DNA of 38,175 nt, taken from the NCBI RefSeq assembly GCF_006345805.1, contig NW_021835832.1, positions 1 through 38,175 of the forward strand, read 5' to 3'. This document shows positions 22,215 to 34,262 of this stretch, in pieces. A program made the translations under genes and the position numbers. A model generated the notes under the pieces. That model had not been told where the DNA came from and did no database searches. It was given only the letters and a program-made list of their open reading frames with translations. Source of the DNA: Octopus sinensis (Eukaryota). The number at the start of each line of letters is the position of its first letter. Position 1 is the stretch's first letter.

Positions 22215-22650
22215 TGTGGAAAAATCAGAACCCATCATGTGAGGAAGCGAATATATGCAGATATTTTCTTTCTTTTACAACATTCATAGCTCAAATCCCA
22301 TCGGGGCTAACTTCGCCTCATTTCGAGGTCAATAAAATTAAGCACAAGTCAAGTATTGAGATTGATGGTAACAACTTGCCCCCTCCCCTCAAAACTACTG
22401 GCTTTTTGTCAAAGTTAGAAAGAAATACTCCTTAACGCAGCAATTTGGTAGAACCGTTAGAGCGTCTGAGAGAATGCATTGCGGGCGTTTTCTCTTTACA
22501 TTCTGAGTTCAAATCCCGTCGGGTCTACTTTGCTTTTCATCCTCCCGGGATCAACAAAATAAAGTACTAGTCAAATACTGTGATCAAAGGTATCTACAAA
22601 TCTTCTTCCTTTAAAACTGCTGGTCTTCAACCGAAATCAGAAATCCTTCT
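22215..22650 (+). mobile_element. Two tandem diverged family E SINEs (about 22215-22430 and 22436-22650)
   Basis: CTCAAATCCCATCGGGGC...GAGGTCAATAAAATTAAG and TTCTGAGTTCAAATCCCGTCGGGTCTACTTTGCTTTTCATCC. Confidence 0.65.
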
Positions 22651-22749
22651 CACTTAACAATTGATCAGGATTTACTCACCTTTCCTTCCCAAACCGGCAA
22701 TAAAGAAACAGCACTCTACTTATATTTATTTAGCCACCTATGTATTGTA

Positions 22750-24050
22750 CTAAATATACTGATTGTCGATAGGCTGGTTACGGCTGTGTTTGTTCTGAGA
22801 TAATTTCTCTTAAGGAGAGAAACGAAAATTCGTCCCAGCGGCCGTCAGCGAGAACGCCAGATGCATTTCAGCCTTGCTGTGCCCTTCAATGGTGCGCGCT
22901 CGCAGCCAACCACTTACCCAGACGAAAAATGGTTGTCTCTGATGTAAGAAAAAGGATACACTAACGTTGCAAATAGCCGCTCGGTTGATTAAGATACCGG
23001 TATGCATAATTGATGCTGTATTTAATTAAGATAGCTATCATTGGATCATACTTAATGAATACACAGTGTTGAGTGGCCAGTTATTGCAGACATTTCCTGC
23101 GATAGGCCTATTTAATTATGTGTTGCGTTGACAAAAAATGTCAGAGAGAGACGAAGATTTGTCCCAGCAGCGTTCAGCGGGTGTACCAGGTGCATTTCAG
23201 CGGTCTTGGACATTTTCAATGGTGCGCACTCGCAGTCAGTTACATGCTCGGATGAGAAATCGTTCTCTCCGATATAGGACAAAATGAATAAAGCATTCAC
23301 TGATGTTGCAAACAATTGCCCGGCTGAATAAAAATCCCGTGTACGCAAATGAGGCAGTTTTTAAGATAGTTATTAATGTCTTATACTTAATGTATACACA
23401 GTGTCGACAGGCCATTATTGCTGTATTTGTCCCGAGATAACATCTCTTATGTGAAAATGCGTGGGTTAGTGTTTAAAGTATTCGGCTCACAATGGTAAGT
23501 TTGTGAGTTCGATTCCCAGTGGCGAGTTGCGTCCTTGATCAATACACTTTATTTCACGTTGCTCCAGTTCACTCAGCTGGCAAAAATGTGTAGTACCTGT
23601 ATTTCAAAGGGCCAGTCTTGTTGCATTCTGTGTCACACTGAATCTCCTAGAGAATTACGCTAATGACACGCGTGTCTATGGAATGCTCAGCCACATGCAT
23701 CTCAATTTCACGAGCAGAGTGTTCCGCTGATCGGATCAACTGGAACCCTCGTCGTCGTAACAGATAGAATGCCAGTATGGACGTGCTGTGTTAAAAACAC
23801 AGTAGCTGTTAGAGATAGACAAAAATTCGTTCCAGCTGGGGCCAGTTCCAGCTGGGTTTCTGTCTTTAACCCACCCTATTTTAGTGACCCGATATTTTAT
23901 ATCTCATTGTCCACTATGTACCTTGTATAAAAGAGTCTGTCCCTTGGCACACATGTTTACAGTGTTGTAATTAACCATATTTTACAATTATCGGTAATTA
24001 AGGAGAGACGAAATGAATTGCTAATTTGCAATGAAACTTGTCAGTTCCAA
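22750..24050. repeat. Diverged ~330-bp tandem array (two clear units plus partial units), interrupted by a SINE
   Basis: Unit starts GAGAGAAACGAAAATTCGTCCCAGC (~22816), GAGAGAGACGAAGATTTGTCCCAGC (~23143) and GAGATAGACAAAAATTCGTTCCAGC (~23813). Shared internal GCATTTCAGC, TTCAATGGTGCGC and TACTTAATG.ATACACAGTGT. Unit ends TGTTCTGAGATAATTTCTCTTA and TGTCCCGAGATAACATCTCTTA. Confidence 0.8.
23456..23776 (+). mobile_element. SINE family B, full length
   Basis: Reverse-complement homolog of 10780-11100. Confidence 0.88.
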
Positions 24051-24423
24051 CTCATTCAGCAGCTGCTGAAGGGGCCAAATTATTAGCAATACGTACTCAT
24101 ACGTCTGAGTGTTTGTGTGCTAAACACACATTGTCTATCTTTAACATTATCAAATATGTGTGTGTGTGTGTATAAAAGATTCATCTATATACCTGTAAAT
24201 GTGTACATACGCACACAAATACATATATATATACATATACAAACACATATATATAACATGTGTGTTTGTGTGTGTATATATAGATAAATACATACATACA
24301 TCTATACATACACACACATACACACACATATATTCACTATATTGCTTTTAGTACTACACGTATATTGAGTACTGTATTTTTCTTTCGTTTACAAGCTGTA
24401 ATGTTGCATGTATATGTGCGTGA

Positions 24424-24472
<49 letters not shown>

Positions 24473-24654
24473 TATACATAGTCTAGCGGTGATCAGTCCT
24501 TGCGCAGGACCTGTGCCTGTTAACCTTCTCCAGCACTCTCAATATGATCTGGAAGGCCCGTACCTTTCCCTGTCGCCGTTAAGTAGGTTACTGGAACTAC
24601 GGTCACCCAAGACTAGACATGGGGTGAATACTGGAGTAGCTTCGCGTTGCCTTT

Positions 24655-24872
24655 CTCAGGCAGGTTGGATTTGAACTCAGAATGTAGAGAGCCGGAAGAT
24701 ATTACCGTAAAGCACTTCTACCGACGCACCAAAGATTCTGCCACTCTCCCGCCTGCAGAACAATAAGGAATGAAATGTTTTGCTCAAGAGTATAATCTTA
24801 CGCCCGATTCGGAGAACGAATCCATCGTCTAGCGATTCGGACTTCAACACCCTAACCACAAGGCTATCTGCC
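24655..24872 (-). mobile_element. Adjacent head fragments of family E (about 24655-24763) and family B-like (about 24768-24872) SINEs
   Basis: TTTGAACTCAGAATGTA...GATTCTGCCA and TTTTGCTCAAGAG...ACCCTAACCACAAGGC. Confidence 0.6.
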
Positions 24873-24920
24873 TTCTCATGTATATCGGTTTGTGAGTGCG
24901 TACGTACGCGCGTGTATATA

Positions 24921-25134
24921 TACTCTTTTACTCTTTTACTTGTTTCAGTCATTTGACTGCGGCCATGCTGGAGCACCGCCTTTAGTCGAGCAACTCGACC
25001 CTGGGACTTATTCTTTTTGTAAGCCCAATACTTATTCTATCGGTCTCTTTTTGCCGAACCGCTAAGTGACGGGGACGTAAACACACCAGCATCGGTTGTC
25101 AAGCAATGCTAGGGGAACAAACACAGACACACAA

Positions 25135-25211
<77 letters not shown>

Positions 25212-25373
25212 CCTATATACGACAGGCTTCTTTCAGTTTCCGTCTACCAAATCCACTCACAAGGCTTTGGTCGGCCCGGGGCTATAGCAGAAGACCCTTG
25301 CCCAAGATGCCACGCAGTGGGGCTGAACCCGGAACCATGTGGTTGGTTAGCAAGCTACTTACCACACAGCCAC
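24921..25373 (-). mobile_element. SINE family A, nearly full length
   Basis: Near-identical to 1346-1742; the first few head bases are missing where it meets the family B copy. Confidence 0.92.
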
Positions 25374-25374
25374 G

Positions 25375-25650
25375 AAGACGCATAGCTTAGTGGTCATAGT
25401 ATTCGACTCACGATCGTAAGGCCGCGAGTTCGATATTCTCGGCGTGTTGTGTCCATTTTATTTCCCGTTGCTCCAGTTCAATAGCAAAAATGAGTTATAC
25501 GTGCAATTTAAAAGACCAGCCTCGTCACATCCTTGTTTCACGTTGAATCTACCTGAGAACTACGTTAAGGATACACGTGTCTGTAGAGTGCTCAGCCATT
25601 TGCTCGTTAATTTCAACTGGAGCAATCGTCGTCGAAGCCGACAGAGATCC
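25375..25650 (+). mobile_element. SINE family B, head-to-head with the family A copy
   Basis: GCATAGCTTAGTGGTC...GCGAGTTCGAT...TTGCTCCAGTTC...AGCAAAAATGAG...GAGAACTACGTTAAGG...TGCTCAGCC. Confidence 0.82.
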
Positions 25651-25675
25651 TTCTCTCTTTCTTTCTGTGTCTATA

Positions 25676-25897
25676 CAGTAATCCCTTGCCATATCGCGGT
25701 TCACCTATCGCGGTTTATTATTTAAGCTTACGTCGATTCCTCCGTGGTGTTGTTTTGCATATATAATAACATAAATATATACCAATTATCAAAATAATTT
25801 TTTTTAAATATACACTACAGTACTGTTTCTCTTTCGCTAATTTTCACCTATTGCGGGGGTTTGGAACGTAACACCCGCGATAGGCGAGGGCTTACTG
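25676..25897. mobile_element. 222-bp Tc1/mariner-superfamily (pogo/Tigger-like) MITE
   Basis: TA on both sides (25674-25675, 25898-25899). The left TIR CAGTAATCCCTTGCCATATCGCGG matches the reverse complement of the right end, CAGTAAGCCCTCGCC-TATCGCGG. Confidence 0.85.
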
Positions 25898-25945
25898 TAT
25901 CGCAATTAGGGCAATAGGTTCATGGCAAGGATCCGATTCCTGGGA

Positions 25946-26114
25946 CAGATTAGCGCAGAATCATAAGCACGCCGGGAAAAATTATTAGTGGTAGACTTTG
26001 CCCTTCACACTTGCGGGGGTCACTAAAATAAGAACTAGCTGAACACTGGAGGGTCAATGCAATCAACAGACACTCTCCCTCGGACTTGCTGGCATTGAGC
26101 CAAAATTTGAAACC
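25946..26114 (+). mobile_element. SINE family E, diverged, with an internal deletion
   Basis: GCAGAATCATAAGCACGCCGGG...GGGGGTCACTAAAATAAG...GCTGGCATTGAGCCAAAATTTGAAACC. Confidence 0.65.
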
Positions 26115-26444
26115 GATATATATCTGCATATGTATGCATGAAGTAAAAGTATGTGCTATAATACTATTCCAAATACACAAAAACAGCCATACCAACAATC
26201 CAACATACCGCCATCACCAGCTGCCCCACTGATATCATTATGGTTTCGACACCTGGGCAGTACCACTCAATCCAGCGGTGTCAACAGCACTAAAATAAGT
26301 GTTGTTTGGGAATAAACAGACCAAAGGAACCACAACTTTCAAACACATTTACCCTGTGTACAACAGAATCGGTAAATAAATTCAATAAGTAAATCTACAA
26401 CCAACTCCTAAAGACGTAACTAAACAGCGACTAATCCTTTAATT

Positions 26445-27118
<674 letters not shown>

Positions 27119-27704
27119 CAAGTATACAACTTACCTTTGACCACGTTTAATGTCGATTACATCAAAAGATAGCAGAAGGTAAAAGTAATCCGTTTTTCCC
27201 AGAAAAGTACTTGAAGTGGAAAAGAATAGGAAAAAAAAAAGAACAATGATAGAACTTAATTAAATCATTTAATAATATAATCTAATTAGTGATCAAGAAA
27301 ATTATAAGATGTCAAGGAAGTGCTATTGAGACACGGTCGTGAATTGTGTGTGAATGAAAACGTGTGTGTATGATTTTTTAAGTTGAGGATTGGCGAGTTG
27401 ATTTGAGAGGAAGACAAAATGTCATAAGTTATATTGTCATTATGTTCTAGGTTCAAGCCCCGTGTTAAAGTTAATCAACTTTTGGCTTTTGTATTTCCGA
27501 GGTTGATAAATTAATTACTATCCCTGACTGATGAGTCGGTTGCTTGTTGGTTGGTTGAACTTGTTAAAGCGTTGAACACAATACCCAATGGTATTTGTTC
27601 TGCCGCGTTACAGTTTGACCGCCCTGATAGCTGTGTTGAACTTGTCAGTCTGTGTCTCGACGACAGAATGATGTCTTGTCTTGTAACACTACCTGAAGAA
27701 AGGC

Positions 27705-28019
27705 TTGTGTGTGTGTGTGTGTATGTGTGTGTGTATGTGTGTGTGTATGTGTGTGTGTGTATGTGTGTGTGCGCGTGTATATATGTTTGTGTACATGTGT
27801 GAGTAAATTACGTTTAAGTGGTGGTGGTGGTAGCGGTAGTAATGTTACTGGTGGTGGTAGAAGTAGTGGTAGTGGGGATGGTAGGTGTGGTGGTCATTTA
27901 TGATCGTTGGTGTTTTGACATGCGCACTGGGCACAACCTTGCGTGTATGTGACAGTGTGATAAATGCTTTCAATCAGTCAGCCTCTTTCTGTGTATGCGT
28001 GTGTGTGTGTGTATGTAGT

Positions 28020-28050
<31 letters not shown>

Positions 28051-28060
28051 TTGTGTGTAT
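27705..28060. repeat. (GT)n and GGT-rich low-complexity tracts
   Basis: Read directly from the sequence. Confidence 0.9.
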
Positions 28061-28111
28061 TTAAACGCTGGTCAGTGTAAAACTGTGGTATGAACGTGTG
28101 TTACCAGTAGA

Positions 28112-28316
28112 AGGCTGCGAGCTTGCAGAATCGTTTGCAAGGTGCTTAACGTCATCTCTTTCTTCGTTACGTTCTGACTTCAAATCCCACCGCGGTCAAA
28201 TTTGCTTTTCCTCCCCTCGAGGGTCGATAAAATAAGGACCAACCGAGCACTGGGGTCGATGCAATCAAGTTACCCTCTCCCCGAAACTTGCTGGCCTTGT
28301 GCCAAAATTTGAAACA
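28112..28316 (+). mobile_element. SINE family E (CCAAAATTTGAAAC-type tail)
   Basis: AAGGCTGCGAGCTTGCAGAATCG...GAGGGTCGATAAAATAAGGACCAACCGAGCACTGGGGTCGATG...GGCCTTGTGCCAAAATTTGAAAC. Confidence 0.82.
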
Positions 28317-28574
28317 AATAAACCAATATATATATTATCTGCACAAATATATATATATGCGCATATAATTATGCATACACACACACACACACACACATTT
28401 ATATGTTTGTATGGCGAGGTTGTTCGGTGCATTTAGGAATGATTTACGGTAAAGTGACACATTAAGATAACGAAATCATTGACTAAAACAAAATCAATAC
28501 AACACAACAATTAAACAACAATCGACCGAAAACCGTGTCGTAGGCTTAGATCTTAATGCTTATTTAGTTTATAT

Positions 28575-28744
28575 CAAGGGCTCTCTGGGCGGCATTATAG
28601 GCCCCCGTGCATATCAAGGTACTGGGGCCTATAGTATTTATTTTTGATAGCTAACTACCATATACATAGATCAGAATTGGACCCCAGACCCATCAGGCCC
28701 CGCCTGGTAACTGCATCGTGCTCCCGCGTCTAAAGACAGCGCTG
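28575..28744. mobile_element. Short MITE-like element, copy 1 (CAGxGCCGTCT-type ends, possibly hAT-derived)
   Basis: Shares ATTATAGG.CCC, GATCAGAATTGG and AAGAC.GC.CTG with 31906-32072. The ends are degenerate inverted repeats; no clean TSD is visible. Confidence 0.45.
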
Positions 28745-28789
28745 TTTGTAACCATTTGTCAGACAGGTCGACTGGTGTTCTAATTGAAT

Positions 28790-29055
28790 AAACTGGGTAA
28801 CTTATGTGTGAAATTTTCTAAAATATCATAGGAAAAAATTACAAGACATATTCTTCGAATCGAGCCAACTGGTAGGAGACCGAGGGGTGGAGCAAGAACG
28901 AAATGGGTGGATAACGTCCATAGTCTCAGTTGGTGACTTTTGGGAATCCACCCGAAAAGTGTACTGACGATTGCTTCTGATAGGACCCTATGAAGGAAGT
29001 AAGTGCCTAAGAACTCTATCCCCACCACCGTCAAAGGAGTAGTAGATAGATGGTA
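28790..29055 (+). mobile_element. 3' end of a decayed RTE-clade LINE, second copy
   Basis: From 28838: ITRHILRIEPTGRRPRGGARTKWVDNVHSLSW*LLGIHPKSVLTIASDRTL*RK*. Homologous to 1-192 and ends in AGTAGATAGATGG. Confidence 0.8.
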
Positions 29056-29236
29056 TGAGGTAAGGTATTAAGAACCACTGAGCTGTGTATATGACTTTAA
29101 TGTGCATTTAACTTTGCGTGTTTAACTTTCCATAGGTCCGATTTCTCTCTGCCTTGATGAGCAAAAGTGGGGGCTAGTATTCGGCGTCCTAAAGAAGTCT
29201 GCCTCCATATTCCGGACTTTTGGAGTATCTTTTATC

Positions 29237-29308
<72 letters not shown>
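29237..29308. repeat. (GATA)n microsatellite
   Basis: Read directly from the sequence. Confidence 0.98.
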
Positions 29309-29309
<1 letters not shown>

Positions 29310-30235
29310 CACCTATATAACATTACTGGTCAGACAATCTAAATATATATCTACATCTCCAATTCCTCTGTGCGGTGTTATGCAGAGGTGAAGGGTAGTA
29401 CTCCACCTCCTAACGAAGTCAGTCTCCGCAACCCAGAGTTTTAGACTATCTCTGTGTCTCACTAAGGCTTGTGGTTTTGATATTTTCACGGCATGTTAAA
29501 TGTTGCCGAGCAAAAGAGTTATGCTGTTTCATACTTGTAACAACCATCTTTTGTTTTTACATTTTAATGGTGATTCTTTCTTGGCAGGATAAGTCAAATA
29601 CCAAAACAATTATTGACTTTTAAGCTTACTGGTTGGTCGCTCTCTACTCACTCACGCAATCTACTCAGTTTAGCGATGGCAACATGAAAACACGAAGTCT
29701 GATGAAGAGCTATGATCGTCAAAGCGCGAATGATTAAGTATTAACACATGAACCAGCAACAATGTTTCTAGTCGAGAACTCTGAACTCTGTGTATGTGTG
29801 TACATATATAAACATATATTTATGTGTGCGTGCGTTGACATGTATATAAATATATATACGTACATACATGCATACATACATTCATGCTCACATACATATA
29901 AACGTACATTCATACATACATACATACATACATATGATCTTGACAACGGTTCTTACGGAATTTCAGTTTGTTCTCTTCGTTACTATGAAAGTGACAAAAG
30001 TTGAAACTTCGAAGTCACTTTTCAACCTTTTCCTTGGCAAAGCAATATATATATATATATATATGTATGATGTTTATATATATACATATATATATACGAA
30101 CACTCATATATACATATATATGCATGTGTGTGTGTGTGTGTGCCAGTATCAAAGGTAAATGTAGAAATTTTGGTTAGATATATACCACTCTACATATTCT
30201 TTTCTCAGAGCATTGACAGTCATAGGTTGCGTAAC

Positions 30236-30294
30236 AACCACCATACATACCATCAACACCACCACCGTCATCACCACAACCCCCACAACTGCTT

Positions 30295-30383
<89 letters not shown>
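30236..30383. repeat. (CAC)-rich, then (CTA)n, then (AAT)n compound trinucleotide tract
   Basis: Read directly from the sequence. Confidence 0.96.
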
Positions 30384-30384
<1 letters not shown>

Positions 30385-30938
30385 GCCCTGATGCAGTACC
30401 AGGCAGTGGCTCCCGTGGCTTCTGATCTTAACTTATTGGAAGTGTTATCATGTACATTGTTTTGTTTTGGTATAAAAGATGTTCTACAGCAAATATTCTG
30501 CTCAATACCACAGATTTGCTTGTCAGTCGTTTGACCTTAACCAGTTGACCATGTCCCTTAGTGGCTGACGATATGTGCATCTTCTATCCCAGGCAGAAGT
30601 ATTGGGAGAGCATCGTAGCCATGTGTTGAGAGGAATTCTTTGGGGTTTGGGTAATTCCCTTTTGGGAACATGGGTGTTTCGTTCAATATCCTTAAACAAC
30701 CCGTATTCAGAGACCTTTTGAGCGGGATGGGCTACTAAACCTGAAGAAAATTTAACTTGGCCCCACCTGCAAGGCCACGTGCTGTTTATCTTGATATGAG
30801 ATCACCATGTCGCGCACATATGATTGTAATGCATGTGCCTAGTGTACCCTTATCAGACGGGTAGTCATGATGGGTATACTGGGCTTCGTATATTTTACCC
30901 CAGTGTCACTTTGATGACATGCACTGCTCTCTCACTCA
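30384..30938. mobile_element. Element D, apparently complete ~555-bp non-coding element embedded in (AAT)n
   Basis: Runs from GCCCTGATGCAGTACCAGGC to GCACTGCTCTCTCACTC, with AAT repeats on both sides. A partial second copy lies at 9797-10092. No tRNA-like head, TIR or ORF is seen. Confidence 0.8.
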
Positions 30939-30946
30939 ATAATAAT

Positions 30947-31372
30947 AATTCTTTCTATTATAGGCACAATCCTGAAATTTTGGAAGAGGTTGCTACTTGA
31001 TTACATCGCCCCACCCCCAGTGCTCAACTGGTACCTTATTCATCCATTTCTGAAAGGATGAAATGCAAAGACAACCTTGGCTGCATTTGAACTCAGAGCG
31101 TAAAGACGGATATCCAGTGTGCTAACGATTCTGCCAGTTCGCCGCCTTTAAATTGTTTCAAATTTTGGCACAAGACCAACAGATTTTTTTTTTTTTTATT
31201 CTGAAAGGGTGTCAATCGATCTCATCGGCTCCAGGACTGGACTAGTAACTTATTTTATTAACCTCAGAAGCATGAAGGGCGAAGTCAGCCTCGACGGCAT
31301 TCAAATTCAGAACGTAAAGAGCCGGAAGAAATGTCGGTAGACATTTTGTCCGGCTCGTTAACGATTCTCTTA
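30947..31372 (-). mobile_element. Two tandem family E SINEs carrying different tails (about 30947-31148 and 31153-31372)
   Basis: The first has the TTTCTATTATAGGCACAA tail, the second the GTTTCAAATTTTGGCACAAG tail; both have TT.GAACTCAGA / AAATTCAGAACGTAAAG and AACGATTCT. Confidence 0.75.
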
Positions 31373-31479
31373 TAGTATTGTGCTGACGAAATTGGTGATG
31401 GTGGTATGGTGGTGGCCGTATTTTTGCTATTGTATTGATTGTAGTGACGGTGTTGGTCTTTGTAGCAATGGTGGATGTT

Positions 31480-31492
31480 AATGTAGTAGTAA

Positions 31493-31537
<45 letters not shown>

Positions 31538-31691
31538 CAGTAGCAGTAGTAGTAGTAGTAGTTGTAGTAGTAGTAGTAGTAGTGGTGGTGGTGGTGGTGG
31601 TGGTGGTGGTTGTGGTAGTAGTAATAGTAGTAGTAGTAGTAGTAGTAGTAGCAGTAGTAGTGGTGGTGGTGGTGGTGGTGGTAGTGGTGGT

Positions 31692-31731
<40 letters not shown>

Positions 31732-31732
31732 T
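31480..31732. repeat. (AGT)n/(GGT)n compound trinucleotide tract
   Basis: Read directly; it explains the poly-V, poly-Y/H and poly-S/T ORFs. Confidence 0.97.
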
Positions 31733-31905
31733 GTCGTCGATATCTTTTTTACTATTATTGTAGCTGTTATTGTTGTCAATCAACTTAATCTACCTTACGT
31801 GGTTAACCACCAAAAGACAATTTACAAATACCTGTGTGCGTGTGTGTATGTGTGTGTGCGTGCGTGAGCGTGTGTGTGTGCGTGCGTATGCGTGTATGTG
31901 TGTGC

Positions 31906-32072
31906 GTGTGCATCTTAGCAGTATTATAGGACCCCGGGCAAATAAATGCACAGGGGACTGTAGTATTTCTATTTTGGCATCAAATATAGCAAACATGGAT
32001 CAGAATTGGGTCCATAGACCCGTGCGGCCCCCGGGCAACAGCTCAGCATGCCCGTTCCTTAAGACGGCACTG
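31906..32072. mobile_element. Short MITE-like element, copy 2
   Basis: The right end reverse-complements to CAGTGCCGTCTTAAGG; the interior is homologous to 28575-28744. Confidence 0.5.
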
Positions 32073-32079
32073 CGCATAC

Positions 32080-32241
32080 TTGTGTATATGTGTATGTACA
32101 CGTGTGCATATGTATGTATGTGTATATAAGTATATGTACGTATTAATATACAGGTGTGTGTATGTGTATTTGCATAAGAACATTAGCGTGTTTGTGGAGT
32201 ATTAAGGAGTCTGGTATGTTCGTATGTGTGTGTGTGTGTGC

Positions 32242-32293
<52 letters not shown>

Positions 32294-32449
32294 GTGTGTA
32301 AAGCATATCTGTATGTCTGTGTATGTGTTTCGTATATTTGTATGCCTATGTGTGTATGTATTGTGTACCTGTATTTCTGCCTGCATGTGTGTCAGTGTGG
32401 GCGTGAATATGTATGGAGTGTATGAATGTGTGTGTAAGATATGGGAGTG

Positions 32450-32483
<34 letters not shown>

Positions 32484-32547
32484 TACACATACATATGGAA
32501 TGTGTATGTATGAATGTATGTATGTATGTGTGTGTTATATATATTAT

Positions 32548-32578
<31 letters not shown>

Positions 32579-33039
32579 CAGACAGAGACAAAGGGAGGTT
32601 GGTGGATATATAGGTAAGTGAGGGCGTTCACTCAAAGAGGTCACTGTAACTGTGCTTTGACGCTTTTGTGTTACATCGAATACATGAATTTCTCAAATTT
32701 CATTTTGCCGATCTCTTGTTTCATACGATTTTTATCAGGCTCGTTAAACGAAGAAGTGAATATGTAGAGTGTGCGTTGTCAAAGTTTGCACGATTTCATG
32801 GTGGGCGGGGGGTGGGGGGGATGTACACTCTCGTGTCTTTTTCTCAATTAAAGGTGATAGAGACTACGACGTTTCTGGTATTTGAAACTGATTTCAGGTT
32901 TGATTTGGCCAAACTTTGAAGGTCACTGTCATCACTTAAAAAATATCTCACTCGAAGTTGTCTATTGAAACATATTTATAAAGTCATATGCGTGTATGTT
33001 TACATCAACACACGCACACACACACACGTTCACACACAT

Positions 33040-33081
<42 letters not shown>

Positions 33082-33412
33082 ACAAGCACACACGCACACG
33101 TTTACACAAGTATGTATGTATATGTATCTGTACGCATCCACGAATGTGTATGCATGTATATGGGTTCGTATATGAATGTGTGTGTGAGTGCATGTGTGCG
33201 CGTGTATGCATGTATGTGTGCAAGTGCGTGTTCACCGCATTATACACATATTTATAACAAAATGCGAACATATTAAAATTACATAAAAATAGATTTTTAA
33301 TGTTATGTATTAACATTCAACATTATCATTATCCTGAACATCTACACACACATAATTACAAAACTTTCATATTACACATTTATTATATATATATTTAAAT
33401 AATATATATGTA

Positions 33413-33447
<35 letters not shown>

Positions 33448-33522
33448 ATAGGTTTTATTCCCATGCTGGCCACCTGATAAGATCGATATTTAAACTTCGA
33501 TCTTTTCTTATTTATCGAAATT

Positions 33523-33619
<97 letters not shown>

Positions 33620-33625
33620 GTGTTA
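32080..33625. repeat. GT/TA/CA microsatellite field with short unique spacers
   Basis: Read directly from the sequence. Confidence 0.85.
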
Positions 33626-33860
33626 TCCATACAGGTTTCTGTTTCACGTGACATACGTATTACTTAAACGTGTTGCAGCACACCTTTGAATGAACAACAC
33701 AATTCTAAGAGGAGAGTTTCCTAGTTTCGTTTTACAGCCTTGGAAACTAGATTCATTTAAATCACAATAATAATCGCTCCCACATCACACATCTCTCTCT
33801 CATCTATCTTTCTCTCTCTCTCTCTCCTTCTCTCTCTCTCTCTCTCCCTCTCAAGATAAT

Positions 33861-34262
33861 CTTTTACTTGCTTTAGTCATTAGACTGCGGCCATGCTGGA
33901 GCGCCGCCTTGCAGAATTTTAGACGACCACGTTGACCTCAGTCGGTATTTTTTAAAAGCGTGTTACTTATTGTATCGCTAAGTTACAGGGACGTGCGTAC
34001 CCTAATATCGATCGTCAGTCGATGGCAGGGAACAAACACCAATACACACAAACACACACAAACTAACACGCACACACACACATACACACACACACATGTA
34101 GATAAGAGTTCTTTCAGTTTCCGCCTACTGAATCCACTCACAAGACCTTAGTCGGCCCGAGGCAATAGAAGAAGGCCCTTGCCCAAAGTACCACGCAGTG
34201 GGACTGAACCTGGAAGCATGTGGTTAAGAAGCAGCCTTGTTACCATACATTCATGCCTGCCT
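33861..34262 (-). mobile_element. SINE family A, diverged
   Basis: GTCATTAGACTGCGGCCATGCTGGAGCGCCGCC...TCTTTCAGTTTCCGCCTAC...CCACGCAGTGGGACTGAACC. Confidence 0.82.

Noticed and set aside
27528-27545. CTGATGAG hammerhead core
   Set aside because: There is no downstream stem II and GAAA, and it lies in SINE-like sequence.
29690-29735. CTGATGAAGAGC...GCGAATG hammerhead-like core
   Set aside because: GAAA is absent and stems I and III cannot be formed.
32803-32820. G-rich run GGGCGGGGGGTGGGGGGG as a G-quadruplex
   Set aside because: It could form one, but it is isolated with no promoter or other context to suggest function.
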